Positions 10,941-25,618 of a stretch of DNA of 32,921 nucleotides are shown one piece after another. How positions within the stretch are numbered: position 1 is the stretch's first letter; every line of letters starts with the position of its first letter. The stretch comes from Eledone cirrhosa (Eukaryota): assembly GCA_964016885.1 (NCBI GenBank), contig CAXHJY010001112.1, positions 1 to 32,921 of the forward strand. The letters are read 5' to 3'. A program made the translations under genes and the position numbers. The notes beneath the pieces are model-generated. The model was not told where the DNA came from, made no database searches, and saw only the letters and a program-made list of their open reading frames with translations.

Positions 10941-11969
10941 ATTTATTTTTCAACATAGTCCTCCGAAAGACCCAATGCAGTCACTAATAATAAAGTTGAA
11001 ATTAATGCATGCAAGCTTTCACAGCTCTAGCATCACTCCTTCATATTCAGCCTAGTAACCTTTCAGCCGACCCTCGTGTATATATATATATACACACACA
11101 TACGAGGATGTGTGTGTTTACATATGTGAGTATGTGTCCCTGTTGTACATATATGGTGCAATTCCTCACGAGATATTTCGGTTCTAGTATTTTCTAATAC
11201 TTTCCAAGTTGTTCTATCGACGCCATTTTACATTTCTCATTCCATTTGTCTGTAGGAAAATCCCGACACGGTTTTTAAGTTGTTATTATTTTTTGTTTCA
11301 TTTTTGCTACGTTTCTTTCCCAAACTACACCAAACATTTTCTGATTTCTCATGAAACAGTTACTTAAGTTGTTCCTGTGTCGATTTATTCTGTAAAATTC
11401 TTTTTCTTCTCTGACTTTCTACCCCATAAAATAGGTTGTCACATAAAACATGTTTTCTTGTGTTTTATTCTCAATCTTCCCGCCGTCAGTAAAAATATAA
11501 TTCTTTTTAGCTATATTTCTTATCAGTTTGTCATATTTATTAGTTAATGTGTTGTCAGTTTGAGAACGTTAGTAGTTCTTAGGATTTTGTTTTTTTATAA
11601 ATAATGATTTTCTTTTATTTTTCATGTAACTATATCTTGTATTTGCAATTTTAATGTGATTTTATCACTTAAGGTTTTGTTAGTAAAATTAGATTTGATT
11701 CTTTTCTTTGCTTCGTTTCTCGTTTCTTCGTTTCGACACACATATATATACATACTTACATGTGCGTGAATGTATGTATATGTATATATATATGCACATA
11801 CTTACATGTGTGAATATATGTGTGTGTGTGTGGGTGTGAATGTGTGTCGGTGTGTGTGTGGGTGTATGTAATATTTGATTCTACTAAACATTGATATGCT
11901 AAATATAGTAAAGCTCGTTTTTTTTTCTTCACTTTTTCTCTATTCAGAGGTGGGTGTTTATAACATTTC

Positions 11970-12530
<561 letters not shown>

Positions 12531-12890
12531 TATATATATATAATTCTATTTGTATATATATTTATAAGGCATATACATAATAAGGATCCCAAACTTGCAA
12601 AGATAAGTTTTGTAGATAAAGTCATAAGCTCATCCTTTTTATCGATTTCTCTCTCCCCTAAACATAGGGTCAAATATTTCTTGGGCAGCGAGAGTCAGGT
12701 TGTTTTTTCTATTGAATTTCCGCACATGTGTATTACATTTTATATTCTGTTTTGAAGGAATGAGAGATAAGGAAGTGTAGACCCCAATAGAATTTGTAAA
12801 AGCAACTAATATATATGACGTAACATTGTAGATGTTTTTGTTGTTGTTGATGTTTACCTTACCGTTTTTATAAAGCATGAATGAGATTGT

Positions 12891-13020
12891 GTGGCAGAGA
12901 ATTGACAGTCGTTAGAACATTGGATAGAATGATTTACGGTATTCGTTTTGGCTCTCTTCTCGCTGAGTTCAAATCCTGCCGAGGTCGATAAAATGAACCG
13001 GTATAGTACTGGGGCGATTC
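12891..13020 (+). mobile_element. SINE family A with internal deletion
   Basis: GGCAGAGAATTGACAGTCGTTAGAAC head, B-box CTGAGTTCAAATCCTGCCGAGGTCGA, then TAAAATGAACCGGTATAGTACTGGGG. Confidence 0.8.
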
Positions 13021-13069
13021 TTTCTCTATATCTCTTTCTCATTTCCTTTCTCTCATTTCCTTTCTCTGA

Positions 13070-13345
13070 AAGAGATATTCTGTGTTCAGACTTGGAGAGG
13101 AGATGGGCTCCATCAGGTTTCAAAGCCCAAGAATATTTCATGGAAAGCAATTTATCCTCGATTCTATGATGAATCTTCTTCATTGCCGGCATATTTATAC
13201 ATTATATGTACTATTTATACATTATATGTACTATTTACTAATGTATATGTACTATTTATACATTATATGTACTATTTACTAATGTATATGTACTATTTAC
13301 TAATGCTGACACCAAACTGGCGTGAAGGATATAATCGAGACCATC
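13070..13345 (+). mobile_element. Possible decayed RTE-LINE AP-endonuclease fragment, interrupted by a 20-21-bp minisatellite
   Basis: Across frameshifts: EIFCVQTWRG / GSIRF ... LLMLTPNW / VKDIIE, resembling recalled DICCVQEVRWRGxSARF...ILLAEKWVDKVIE. Tandem TATTTA(TAC/CTA)AT(T/GT)ATATGTAC units at ~13192-13303. Confidence 0.3.
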
Positions 13346-13900
13346 ACCACAAGTAACAACAACAATAACGATAACACCAACAACCTTATCACCACCATCA
13401 CCACCACCACCAACAATAACAATAACACCAACAACCTCATCACCACCATCACCAACAATAACAACGATACCACCACCACCACCACCAACAACAATAACAC
13501 CAATAACATCATCACCACCACCACCACCAACAACAACGATACCACCAATAACACCAACAACCTCACCACCATCACCACTACCACCACCACGAACAACAAC
13601 AACGATACCACCATCAACAATAACACCAACAACCTTATCACCACCATCACCACCAACACCAACAACCTCATCACCACCATCACCACCACCACCAACCATA
13701 CCACCACCACTAACAACAATAACACCAACAACCTTATCACCACCATCACCACCAACAATAACACCAACAACAACAACATTATCATCAACATCAACAACAT
13801 AATCAACAACAGCATCCCCACCACCATCAATAACAACACCAACATTATCACTATCATCACCACCATCTCCACCACCATCATCACCAACAACACCATCACA
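13343..13900. repeat. (CAC/AAC)n trinucleotide tract with higher-order units
   Basis: AATAACACCAACAACCT(T/C)ATCACCACCATCACC recurs several times; source of the Thr/Asn and Gly/Val ORFs. Confidence 0.93.
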
Positions 13901-14629
13901 ATATATATTATAATTCATTTGATTATTCTCAAGTTCTTGCTATGGAAATGAATAGATGATATTTTCTATTATATTTCATGTTTACCAAATGGCTACTGGC
14001 TTACAGAAGGAAGAGAGGAAGGAATGGTCTTGTAGGAAGATTGTTTGGTAATATAATGACCCTGCCATTAATGTTATTTATTGGACTATGAGGCCCAACT
14101 AAGAGGACCATAAAACATTTTCTATTATAACACTTATGTTTCTTCACGAGCATTTAAAAATATGTTTTCCAGTTACATTAAATTCTTTGCATTTTCAGTT
14201 TTCTCTATTATTCTGCAGCTCTCTCCACCCAAACCCGCAACAAATATAGAAAAAAAGGGGGAAAGGAAACACGTGGGGTTATATATTACATTTTTATTTT
14301 CAGAAATAAACCCATAAAAATAGCTACAATCGATCTTAAGGTCTGCTTACACTTACACACATACAGAAAGCATACCAGCACACAATACACACATATATTA
14401 TGTACACATCATAGAAATACCCGTGCAAACACATAATTCAAAATTCATTCATATATAGACACGTAAAACAGAAACACAACGATCTTTTATGAATAGACCA
14501 TTCAATGACACTCCACATAGAAGTAGGAATGTATAGAGGAAAGACATAACGGTTGGGAACAAGAAATAAAATAATTTATAAACACACACACACATATATA
14601 TATATAATGTTATATGACGATCTCTTTTG

Positions 14630-14675
<46 letters not shown>

Positions 14676-15075
14676 GTGTGTTTTTAAGCAAGAAGGTGTA
14701 TGTGTATTTTTCTATTTGTGCTCGTATATATATATATATATATAAATTATCAGATATCTCGGCTAGATACATACTCAGTGAAAAGTTTAAAATAGAAAAA
14801 CATGTATTTAATCAAAATAGTAGCTTCTTTTCGTCATCCTTTGTACAATCATTCCCCAAGTAATGTTCAATATTGTGCAGGGTTTTATTGGCCCAGATCT
14901 TCTGTTCATCTGTTACATCTGTAGCACATGAAATACGTATCTACGTTATTTCCACAAGACTTCAAATCCAGGAACCCTTTGATCCTAATGGATCGCTACG
15001 CCGCTCCAATGATAATGTGTATAAAACTGAATGTATAATATGGCGACTGGATATCCAAAATTCCCATAAAATCTG

Positions 15076-15231
15076 ATATACACTAGTTGCGTTTATCCTC
15101 TCTATATCTCTCTATATCTCTCTATATACACTAGTTGCGTTTATCCTCTCTATATCTCTCTATATACACTAGTTGCGTTTATCCTCTCTATATCTCTCTA
15201 TATACACTAGTTGCGTTTATCCTCTCTATAT
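15076..15231. repeat. 38-bp minisatellite, 4 copies
   Basis: CACTAGTTGCGTTTATCCTCTCTATAT starts at 15081, 15129, 15167 and 15205 (periods 48, 38, 38). Confidence 0.95.
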
Positions 15232-15310
15232 GAATCTTTTTTTTTATCATAATATCTTTAACTTAGTATTTCACTTTTACAATAAAAATTACTTTAATTC
15301 TGTCTCTCGA

Positions 15311-15413
15311 AATAACGGTTTCTGATTTTGGCACGCGGCTAGTCGATTAAATCGACCTCAGTACATGACTGGTGCTTTATTTTGTCGATCCCGTATGGAT
15401 GAAAGACTAAGTT
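15311..15413 (-). mobile_element. SINE family A, 3' portion
   Basis: GGCAC..GGCTAGTCGATTAAATCGACCTCAGTACATGACTGGTGCTTTATTTTGTCGATCCCGTATGGATGAAAG aligns with 6322-6428. Confidence 0.8.
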
Positions 15414-15460
15414 CTCTATCTATCTATCTATCTATCTTCACATACCTACATACACACACG

Positions 15461-15502
<42 letters not shown>

Positions 15503-15920
15503 TCTAAGGTCCACGCCCTCATCTAGATCTCATTTAAAAGTTGTTACGCGAGTCAATCACTGTGAACAGATATATCTACAAATATCTTAATAAATCAAAT
15601 TATAGCTGAAACTGGAATGGATAGAGCCAGGCTAAGAGCAATAAATTGTAGATGTGAAAAAGAAAGTTATGTTATAATCACGTCATTGAAGAGGATTGGA
15701 GCTTTTCTATAATTAAGATATCAAGCGAATACAATAGCATGTATGTCGTCAATAGAGATTCCTATATAATATACTTATTCAATTCATATGTATATTATAT
15801 ATATGCATATAACAGTGTGCATATGTATATATGTCTAACTTAGTAGCACCTTCCGGCGAAGTCTTTCAAATCAGGATTTGGACACCATGGCCCATATGTA
15901 TATATATATATATATATATA

Positions 15921-16000
15921 TCCCACCGAGAACAACTTTGCCTTTCATCCTTTCGAAGTCGATGATAAAAAATTACCAGTCTAGTACTGGGGTCAATTCT
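15921..16000 (+). mobile_element. SINE family A, central fragment
   Basis: TCCCACCGAGAACAACTTTGCCTTTCATCCTTTCGAAGTCGAT...TACCAGTCTAGTACTGGGGTCAAT aligns with 17913-17983. Confidence 0.8.
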
Positions 16001-17088
16001 TCCTTTATAATCTCTCTCTCTCTCTCTCCAATTATTAACCCCATTGTAATTAGCCGGTGTAAAGTTTACGAACCAAAATAACACATAATCGATAAATCGA
16101 TCAATCATATTTTCTTGGATTACCTATATTAGATGTGACATCACACTTATCGACTTTTATTTCTGTCTTTCAATTTATTTATATTACGTATACCGTTGTA
16201 TCCAATACACGAGAATGGGTGTCATGTCATTGATTTCAGTTGTTGAACAATAATTACAATTCTCACAACGACACACACATACTAATGATAGTAAAGAATG
16301 TCTTGTAATAATATCTATATATATCTATAACGACCGACATCTGTCTCGCAGGCAATCACACCATTATCTTTGTTGCAGTAATTCTTTCTTCACTTATAGA
16401 AGAAGTGTCTTGGTGATCTTATTCGCGGGAGTCACCAATTTGGTATGTTTCTCAGAAGACTGGACCTTTTTAGAGGCTGTCTTTACTCGCCTCCTCGTAG
16501 CTACATCCTTGGGTTCCAAATTACAAAACAATACTAAAACGTGAGGCCTTTAATCTATCATTGCAAACATTCTCAACAGATTGTCTACTCGTAAAAATAC
16601 CAAAAACATTGGAAATATGGAAATTATTTTAAAACGTTTTCTTCTAAACCAATACTATAGTAGAATTCCTCAATGTCTCCCGACAAAACAAATGCTGCTG
16701 ATGACGGAGACTCCTGTTTCATCATGAAGATGCATTTATGACTGGCATATATATTTTGCAACTTGTGGTGCTGCTTCCCGAATCCTCCAAACCCATCAAA
16801 GATTTTTTATTGATTTCTGTCGATTCCCATCTAATCGAGACGGCCCAGGTTAGTCTTCGACCTGCTTGTATTTATCATTGTTTTAGTATAATAATGGCCA
16901 CTGCATTTGGTCGTTTTTCTTGGTATCACACTTTGTTATCTTTGTGTTCACTCTGGACGAAGATGTATTAACCTTTCACACCATTGAGTGCTTTGTCACC
17001 GCCTCAAACAATTGGTGTCTGCTACACTGCAGCTACAACTTGGATTCTTACATATTGAGTGTTTGTGTGTGTGTATGTGCGTGTATAA

Positions 17089-17202
17089 GGCGCGTGGTTG
17101 AGTGGTTAGAGAATTCGATTCACAATCGTATAGTTGTGAGTTAGATTCTCGGACCGGACGATGCATTAAGTCCTTGGGCAATACACTTTATTTCACGCTG
17201 CT
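17089..17202 (+). mobile_element. Second tRNA-derived SINE family, CORE-like
   Basis: tRNA-like head GGCGCGTGGTTGAGTGGTTAGAG (A-box)...GTGAGTTAGATTCTC (degenerate B-box), then GTCCTTGGGCAATACACTTTATTTC, resembling the CORE motif CCTTGGGCAAGTCACTT. Confidence 0.7.
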
Positions 17203-17321
17203 TCTTCTACCTGGATTTGTTCCTCGGTCCGATTAGACGAAAGTCAATCGACTGTCGATATATATGCATCAATGTTTGCATATTAAATTCTCTTAAGCAC
17301 ATACACACACACCACACATAT

Positions 17322-17358
<37 letters not shown>

Positions 17359-17679
17359 GTCACACACACATACATATGAATATCTGTATATACACATAAA
17401 TATGTTTGCATAGTTACATACTGTCAAGCATAAACACACTATGGCGAACAGGCGAGAGAAGAGAGAAATTGTTGCAAGTCCATATTTTTTGCGTTTATTG
17501 TTTCCTGTGAGAAATAATTGTTTCCAATTATCAAGGGCTTGCAGAATGCCATCCCTAAATGTAATTCTATAAAACAATTATTTGCTTTCGGCTGTAAATA
17601 TATTCCCTAAATGGACGATTATATTAAGAGGACACCCACATAAACTGATATCTATAAATCTCTCTCTCTCTATCTCTGT

Positions 17680-18152
17680 ATATAAATATATATATATATA
17701 CATATATTATATATATATACATATATTATATATATATACATATATTATATATATAAATATATTATATATATATATAATATATAGATATATTATATATATA
17801 TAATATATGTATATTATATATATATATATATGTACATATATTATATATATATAATATATATGAGTTCAAATATATATATTTTTTATATATATATAATATA
17901 TATGAGTTCAAATCCCGCCGAGGTTGACTTTGCCTTTCATCCTTACGGGGTCGATAAAATAAAGTACCAGTAATGCACTGGGTAATTGCTGGCCTTGTGC
18001 CTAAAGTAGAAACAATTATATATATATAATATATATATATTATATATATATAATATATATATAATATATATATATATAATATATATATAATATATATATA
18101 TACATATTATATATATATAATATATATATATATATATTATATATATATATAC
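17680..18152. repeat. Degenerate (TA)n array surrounding a SINE
   Basis: Directly visible on both sides of 17904-18018. Confidence 0.93.
17904..18018 (+). mobile_element. SINE family A, 5'-truncated at the B-box
   Basis: GAGTTCAAATCCCGCCGAGGTTGACTTTGCCTTTCATCCTTACGGGGTCGATAAAATAAAGTACCAGTAATGCACTGGGT-AATTGCTGGCCTTGTGCCTAAAGTAGAAACAATTA. Confidence 0.9.
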
Positions 18153-18924
18153 TCCCAAAAGTAACAAAAACACAAGTTCTGGTGATTTGCGTCTTACAAA
18201 TCTTACAAAGTCGACATTTCTAACTGCGGATATTTCTCATATAACAATGAAAACAATATTGATATTATATTTGTTAGTATAACTAATGTTCGGACCGTGA
18301 ACTGACATTAAATACGTGACAAGAGAAAAGATACATTAAATAATAACATTAATCTATTTCTATGGTAATGTTAATACATGATGATATTAATCCATAATAG
18401 CCTCTAATACGATTAATCTATTAAATATCTGAGATGTGTTATTATTGTTAATACGATTATAATTTCGCGGATTATTATCCAAATCTTTGGATATGATACG
18501 TTTTCTTAATATTACATCTTAAATGGATGAAACATAACGAAACGTAGTCTAAATATTAAAAGACTTTTCATTTCTAAGGCTGAGGTTAATGGTCCGACCA
18601 CTTACTAAACAGATTTATAACAGAAAGCGTTCCAATTCTGATCCTTATGTGTTTGTTTTGAGATATCTAGTACAATATTTGGTAAATATCCACGGAAATA
18701 AGTAGACCCTGGATCATAGGGGGTTAAAAACTTTGAGAAAAATTTGAGAGAAATTGGGTGATATTTCAAGGAGATGAAGCATCATGTGAGACGTGTTTTC
18801 TTTAGCTTTGTAGTTAATCTGGTTTTAATAAGGTGGTTCGGGCTTTGACCAGAATATTACACAGACATCTAAGATAATTATGACTATATAGAGGGCGCCC
18901 GTAATTTTCATGTTAAGATATTGT

Positions 18925-18995
18925 ATAATGGTTTCTACTTGAGGCACAAGGCCAGCAATCTGAAGGGGAGGGGAAAGTCGATTAAATCGTACCAG
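18925..18995 (-). mobile_element. SINE family A, 3' tail fragment
   Basis: GTTTCTACTTGAGGCACAAGGCCAGCAAT..GGGGAGGGGAAAGTCGATTAAATCG is the reverse complement of the family tail. Confidence 0.8.
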
Positions 18996-19750
18996 TTAGT
19001 ATTAGGGCTTAAATCCATTCCTTTCTTTCTAAAGAGGTGAAGTGTTATCCTAAAGAGGGGAAGGTTTATATCGCAGCTTTATCAATATTTTCCAATTCAT
19101 TTCGTGACCAGGGTGAGAAATAAAATACACATAGTTGGAATTATTCTACAAAACTGCTTATCTTTATATTTAAACCCATTCATCATAATTTTATTTAAAA
19201 AATTTTTTGCGAATAATATCTGCTGGATAATAATTAAAAAAAAAATTATTTTATTAACATTCCAAAAAATGTTTCGTAATTTTCAAAGTAATTTAGACAC
19301 CTGTCAATGTATTTCATTAGGAAAGCGTTAATGAAAGGAAGGATAATAAATATTTTTTGAAATGTGAAATAGATTAAAACAAAGTGTTAATCAACAGTTG
19401 ACAATATTTCATGGGAGATATAGGTACGTTAATGAATATTACAACAAACAAAAAATGAAGCTGGAATTTATTATAAAAGAAAACGATAAAGTTTCGGCTT
19501 TAAAAGTTTATAAAATTCTAGAGATTTATTTAAGTAACAACAGACGTTATCAAAACACAGGAATAACTATATATCTTTTGTCAGTCTGTCGTCCTGTCTG
19601 TTCATCTGACTGCTTGTCAGTCTGTCTGTCCGTCAAGCTTGCTAACTGTCACTCTCTCTAAACTTGTTTCTATACACAAATATACACGTATACACGTATA
19701 CACATACACACACATATGTATATATGTTGTGGAGTCGTGTTTTTCTGTTT

Positions 19751-19754
<4 letters not shown>

Positions 19755-19799
<45 letters not shown>

Positions 19800-19818
19800 C
19801 ATATGTGTGTGTGTATAA

Positions 19819-19876
<58 letters not shown>

Positions 19877-20163
19877 ATATATATATGTGTGTATATACAT
19901 ATATATATGTATGTATATATATATATACATATATATATACATATATATATACATGTATATATATATATATACATGTATATATATATACATGTATATATAC
20001 ATATACATGTATATATATATATACATGTATATATATACATGTATATATATATATGTACATATATATATATATGTATATATATATATGTACATATATATAT
20101 ACATGTATATATATACATATATATATACATATATATATATACATGTATATATATACATATATT

Positions 20164-20194
<31 letters not shown>

Positions 20195-20251
20195 GTACAT
20201 ATATATATGTATATATATACATATATATGTACATGTATATATATACATATA

Positions 20252-20296
<45 letters not shown>

Positions 20297-20634
20297 GTAC
20301 ATATATATATATATGTACATATATATATATATGTACATATATATATATATGTACATATATATATGTACACATATATATATGTACATATATATATATATAT
20401 ATGTACACACACATATATATATATATATATACACACATATATATATATGTACATACACATATATATATATGTACACACACATATATATATATATATACAC
20501 ACACATATATATATATACACACACATATCTACATATATATATATATACATATCTACATATATATATATACACATATCTATATATATACACACATATATAT
20601 ATATAGACACACACACATATATATATATATATAT

Positions 20635-20709
<75 letters not shown>

Positions 20710-20717
20710 CACACACA

Positions 20718-20751
<34 letters not shown>

Positions 20752-20826
20752 CACACATATATATATATATATATACACATATATAAATATATATATATAT
20801 ATACATATATATACACATATATATAT

Positions 20827-20869
<43 letters not shown>

Positions 20870-20919
20870 TATATATACACACATATATATATATACACAT
20901 ATATATATATATACACATA

Positions 20920-20960
<41 letters not shown>

Positions 20961-20984
20961 ATATATATATCTCCATATATATAT

Positions 20985-21054
<70 letters not shown>

Positions 21055-21088
21055 ATATATATGGATATATATATGGAGATATATATAT

Positions 21089-21120
<32 letters not shown>
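19755..21120. repeat. ~1.4-kb (TA)n-based array with TACATG, TGTACA and TACACA variants
   Basis: Directly visible. Confidence 0.96.
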
Positions 21121-21123
<3 letters not shown>

Positions 21124-21589
21124 CCTGTATGTCTAGACAGGGATTGTTTTGTATATATAGATTTTCTGGTCAAATATCATATACATATATTTTTGTCATA
21201 TTTCATATGATCACTAAAAACGTCTTTCTACTGATTCAGTCATATTCGTTGTAAGCCATAGAAGGTAAACAAAAGAACCGCTTCTTTTGTCTCTTTTTCA
21301 GTATTTATTTCAGTTTTGTTTCCTTTTCTCCTTGTTGTGTTTATTCGATGGTCCAGACAAACCACACTCGTCTATTTTATCACGTTACTTTGATGTGGAA
21401 ATGTGTTATTCATAAGAGACCTAGAAACATAATATAAATACGAAGGAAATATACAAGTAAATAAAATAAAACAAAAAACCTCCATAAATATATACTGGAG
21501 AATCGAAAGACGATATTTTCACCATTATCAACTGGTATTATTTGACAATTTGCTTTCATTCCGGTTCAATTTTGTTGGACCTTTGTAAA

Positions 21590-21623
21590 TCTCTCTCTTC
21601 CTCTCTCTCTCGCAGTGTGTATG

Positions 21624-21666
<43 letters not shown>

Positions 21667-21868
21667 GTATATATAAATATATATATATTTATATATATCT
21701 CCATATATATAGAGATCTATATATATATATATGTATCTCCATATATATAGATATCTATATATATATCTCCATATATATCTCCATATATATATATATATAT
21801 ATATATATCCATATATATGTATATCCATATATATAGATATCTCTCTCTCTCTCTCTCTATATATATAT

Positions 21869-21948
<80 letters not shown>

Positions 21949-22023
21949 ATATATATATATATATATATATATATCCATATATCTATATATATATATATAT
22001 ATATATATATCTATATATATATA

Positions 22024-22102
<79 letters not shown>

Positions 22103-22107
22103 CTATA

Positions 22108-22150
<43 letters not shown>

Positions 22151-22164
22151 CCATATATATATCC

Positions 22165-22201
<37 letters not shown>

Positions 22202-22204
22202 TAT

Positions 22205-22241
<37 letters not shown>

Positions 22242-22306
22242 TATCTATATTGATATATAGATATCCATATATATATATATAGATAGATATCCATATAGAT
22301 AGATAT

Positions 22307-22360
<54 letters not shown>

Positions 22361-22700
22361 ATATATATAGATATCCATATAGATATATATATATATATAG
22401 ATATCCATATATATACAGATACCCATATATATATATAGATATATATATGGATATCCATATATATAGATATCCATATATATATATAGATATCCATATATAT
22501 ATGTATATATATATAGATATCCATATATATATGTATATATATATAGATATCCATATATATATGTATATATATATAGATATCCATATATGTAGATATATAT
22601 ATTATCTGTGTGTATGTATGTACATATATATATGGACATATATCTAAACATACACATGTGTATATATGTACACACACACACACATATATATGTATATATA
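21590..22700. repeat. ~1.1-kb (TA)n-based array with ATCC/CTCC/GATATCC variants and (CT)n/(GA)n
   Basis: Directly visible; 30-bp unit GATATCCATATATATATGTATATATATATA at 22486, 22516 and 22546. Confidence 0.96.
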
Positions 22701-23081
22701 CATTCATTTATAAATATAAATATACAGACACACACAAATATATATATGATTTGTGGTTTGAAGATAATGGTAGCGGTATATTTTATGTTTATGTGTAGTT
22801 TTTGTTGTTTCCAATACACAAAGACATTTTCGTAATAAAAGGGTTGCGAGGCTGATGATTGACATCTCCTTAATCGATCACACAAATTAGGGAGAACTTT
22901 TACAACACCTTCTGATTGAGTCAAATGAGACGCCTGCTCTCGTTTAATATCAACAGTGGCAGTCGTAAGATTTCATTGCCTGTCCTTGAATACGTACACA
23001 TAGGCACACATAATAGCCACACATACACACACTCATCTACATACAAAGCACACACAGACAGACACACCCACGAACATACAG

Positions 23082-23142
<61 letters not shown>

Positions 23143-23255
23143 CAGGCCTCTATATATAGATTATCCATATATTTATACATATATATATTCAAACATATAT
23201 GTATGTATATATATTTGCAAGGCCTGTGTAGTATATATATATAAACATTAACACA

Positions 23256-23297
<42 letters not shown>

Positions 23298-23526
23298 GTG
23301 TATATATATACAAGGAGATGGAAGTATCAATTAAACATGTTCCATTCGTTATCATACATAACACGTGTTGCGCAAACGATCGACTCTGAGCCTCAATCGT
23401 TTACAGTCAGCCAGACACTAGGATTGATATGCTTATCTGTTCATCTCTGACAGAGATGAACAGATATAGATATATACACACCTACATATATGTATGTATA
23501 TATGTGTACATATATACATGTATAAC

Positions 23527-23661
23527 TCTCTTTCTCTCCCACACCCACTCTCTTTCTCTCCCACTCCCCAACACCCACTCTTTTTCTCTCCCACACCCAC
23601 CCTCTTTCTCTCCCACACCCTAACTCTCTCTCCAACTCTCCCACACCCACTCTTTCTCTCT
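23527..23661. repeat. C/T-rich ~22-bp minisatellite (CTCTCCCACACCCACTCTCTTT)
   Basis: About five degenerate copies. Confidence 0.88.
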
Positions 23662-23871
23662 TAATGAACATATTAGTTTTTTTCTCTTCTTGGAGACCGA
23701 CTAGAGAACATTCAGCGACATTAAAATTTGCCGGCTAAGTTAAATATTTCATAAACGAAGACATGAACAAAAATTCTTGAGGACAGAAAAAAAAAGAAAA
23801 GAATATTTGTCCACTTTTAATTCAGTTAACAATCTGTAAATCAGAAAAAGAAATTACAAAAACGAAACAAG

Positions 23872-23874
<3 letters not shown>

Positions 23875-23938
<64 letters not shown>
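23875..23938. repeat. (GA)n microsatellite
   Basis: Perfect run. Confidence 0.98.
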
Positions 23939-23941
<3 letters not shown>

Positions 23942-24131
23942 AGGGAGATGGGCGTGGGTGGGAGTAGAAGAGACAGACAAATAATCTTAAAGAAGAAATA
24001 GTAAAGAGATGATGATGATGATGAAAAGGATGACTAATGCGACAAAGATTATGAAAAATAAGTTAATAATAATAATAATAATAATGAGCAGGCTATTTAA
24101 TGTACATACATACATAGGCATACAGACAGAA

Positions 24132-24180
<49 letters not shown>

Positions 24181-24264
24181 ATTGACAAAAACACACAAAC
24201 TACATATATAAATATGAATATATACAATATACAGTATTTATATATTAATATACACACACACACG

Positions 24265-24298
<34 letters not shown>

Positions 24299-24300
24299 CA

Positions 24301-24460
24301 TATTATATCCATTTGTGTGTGTGTATATATATACATATATATAAATATTATATCCATTTGTGTGTGTGTATATATATACATATATATAAATATTATATCC
24401 ATTTGTGTGTGTATATATATATATATATATTAATATTATATCCATTTGTATATATATATA
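24301..24460. repeat. ~45-bp minisatellite (TATTATATCCATTTGTGTGTG...), 4 copies
   Basis: TATTATATCCATTTG at 24301, 24346, 24391 and ~24434. Confidence 0.9.
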
Positions 24461-24694
24461 ATATTAATATATATATTTTGAGGATACCCACATGGAAGTC
24501 GAAGACAAATAAGGGAAACAGCTGTTCTTTTCGACATTTTCAATCACATTTCAAAGATTCCGAGTTCTTATTAATTAAATATTCATCAATTTTGTCCGAG
24601 AACGTGTGAGAAAATTGTAATAAACCAGCTGTCACTTTCGGGTCGACATATTCAAATTCTAACTGCACAATTATTAGTGAAAAAAATATGTCTG

Positions 24695-24766
<72 letters not shown>

Positions 24767-24827
24767 GTATATATATAATGTATATATATATATATATATA
24801 ATGTATATATATATATATATATATATA

Positions 24828-24858
<31 letters not shown>

Positions 24859-25055
24859 ATGTATATATATAATGTATATATATATATATAAATATAATGT
24901 ATATATATATGTATATATATATATATAAATATAATGTATATATATTTATATATATAATGTATATATATAATGTATATATATATATATATAAATATAATGT
25001 ATATATATATATATATATATAATGTAGATGTATATATATATATATATATAATGTA

Positions 25056-25093
<38 letters not shown>

Positions 25094-25533
25094 TAATGTA
25101 TATATATATATATATATATGTAATGTATATATATAATGTATATATATATATATATATAATGGATATATATATATATAATGTATATATATATATATAATGT
25201 ATATATATATATAATGTGTATATATATATATAATGTATATATATATATAATGTATATATATATATAATGTGTATATATATATATAATGTATATATATATA
25301 TAATGTGTATATATATATATAATGTATATATATATATAATGTATATATATATATAATGTGTATATATATATATAATGTGTATATATATATATAATGTATA
25401 TATATATATATATAATGTATATATATATATATATAATGTATATATATATATATATAATGTATATATATATAATGTATATATATATATATAATGTATATAT
25501 ATATATATATATAATGTATATATATATATAATG

Positions 25534-25618
<85 letters not shown>

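Noticed and set aside
10941-10985. TTTATTTTTCAACATAGTCC, resembling a mariner subterminal sequence
   Set aside because: Too short, with no TIR or transposase sequence adjacent.
14900-15072. Minus-strand peptide FMGILDIQSPYYTFSFIHIIIGAA*RSIRIKGFL with faint tetraspanin-like look
   Set aside because: In-frame stop, no GCCG motif, and no polypyrimidine tract before the AG.
15076-15231. Regular direct repeats of CRISPR-like length
   Set aside because: The intervening sequences are identical CT/TA runs rather than unique spacers; no cas genes; eukaryotic context.
17089-17160. tRNA gene
   Set aside because: The B-box is degenerate, I cannot fold a convincing cloverleaf, and it runs straight into a CORE-like SINE body. 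The A/B boxes at 6447-6525 are likewise a SINE head.
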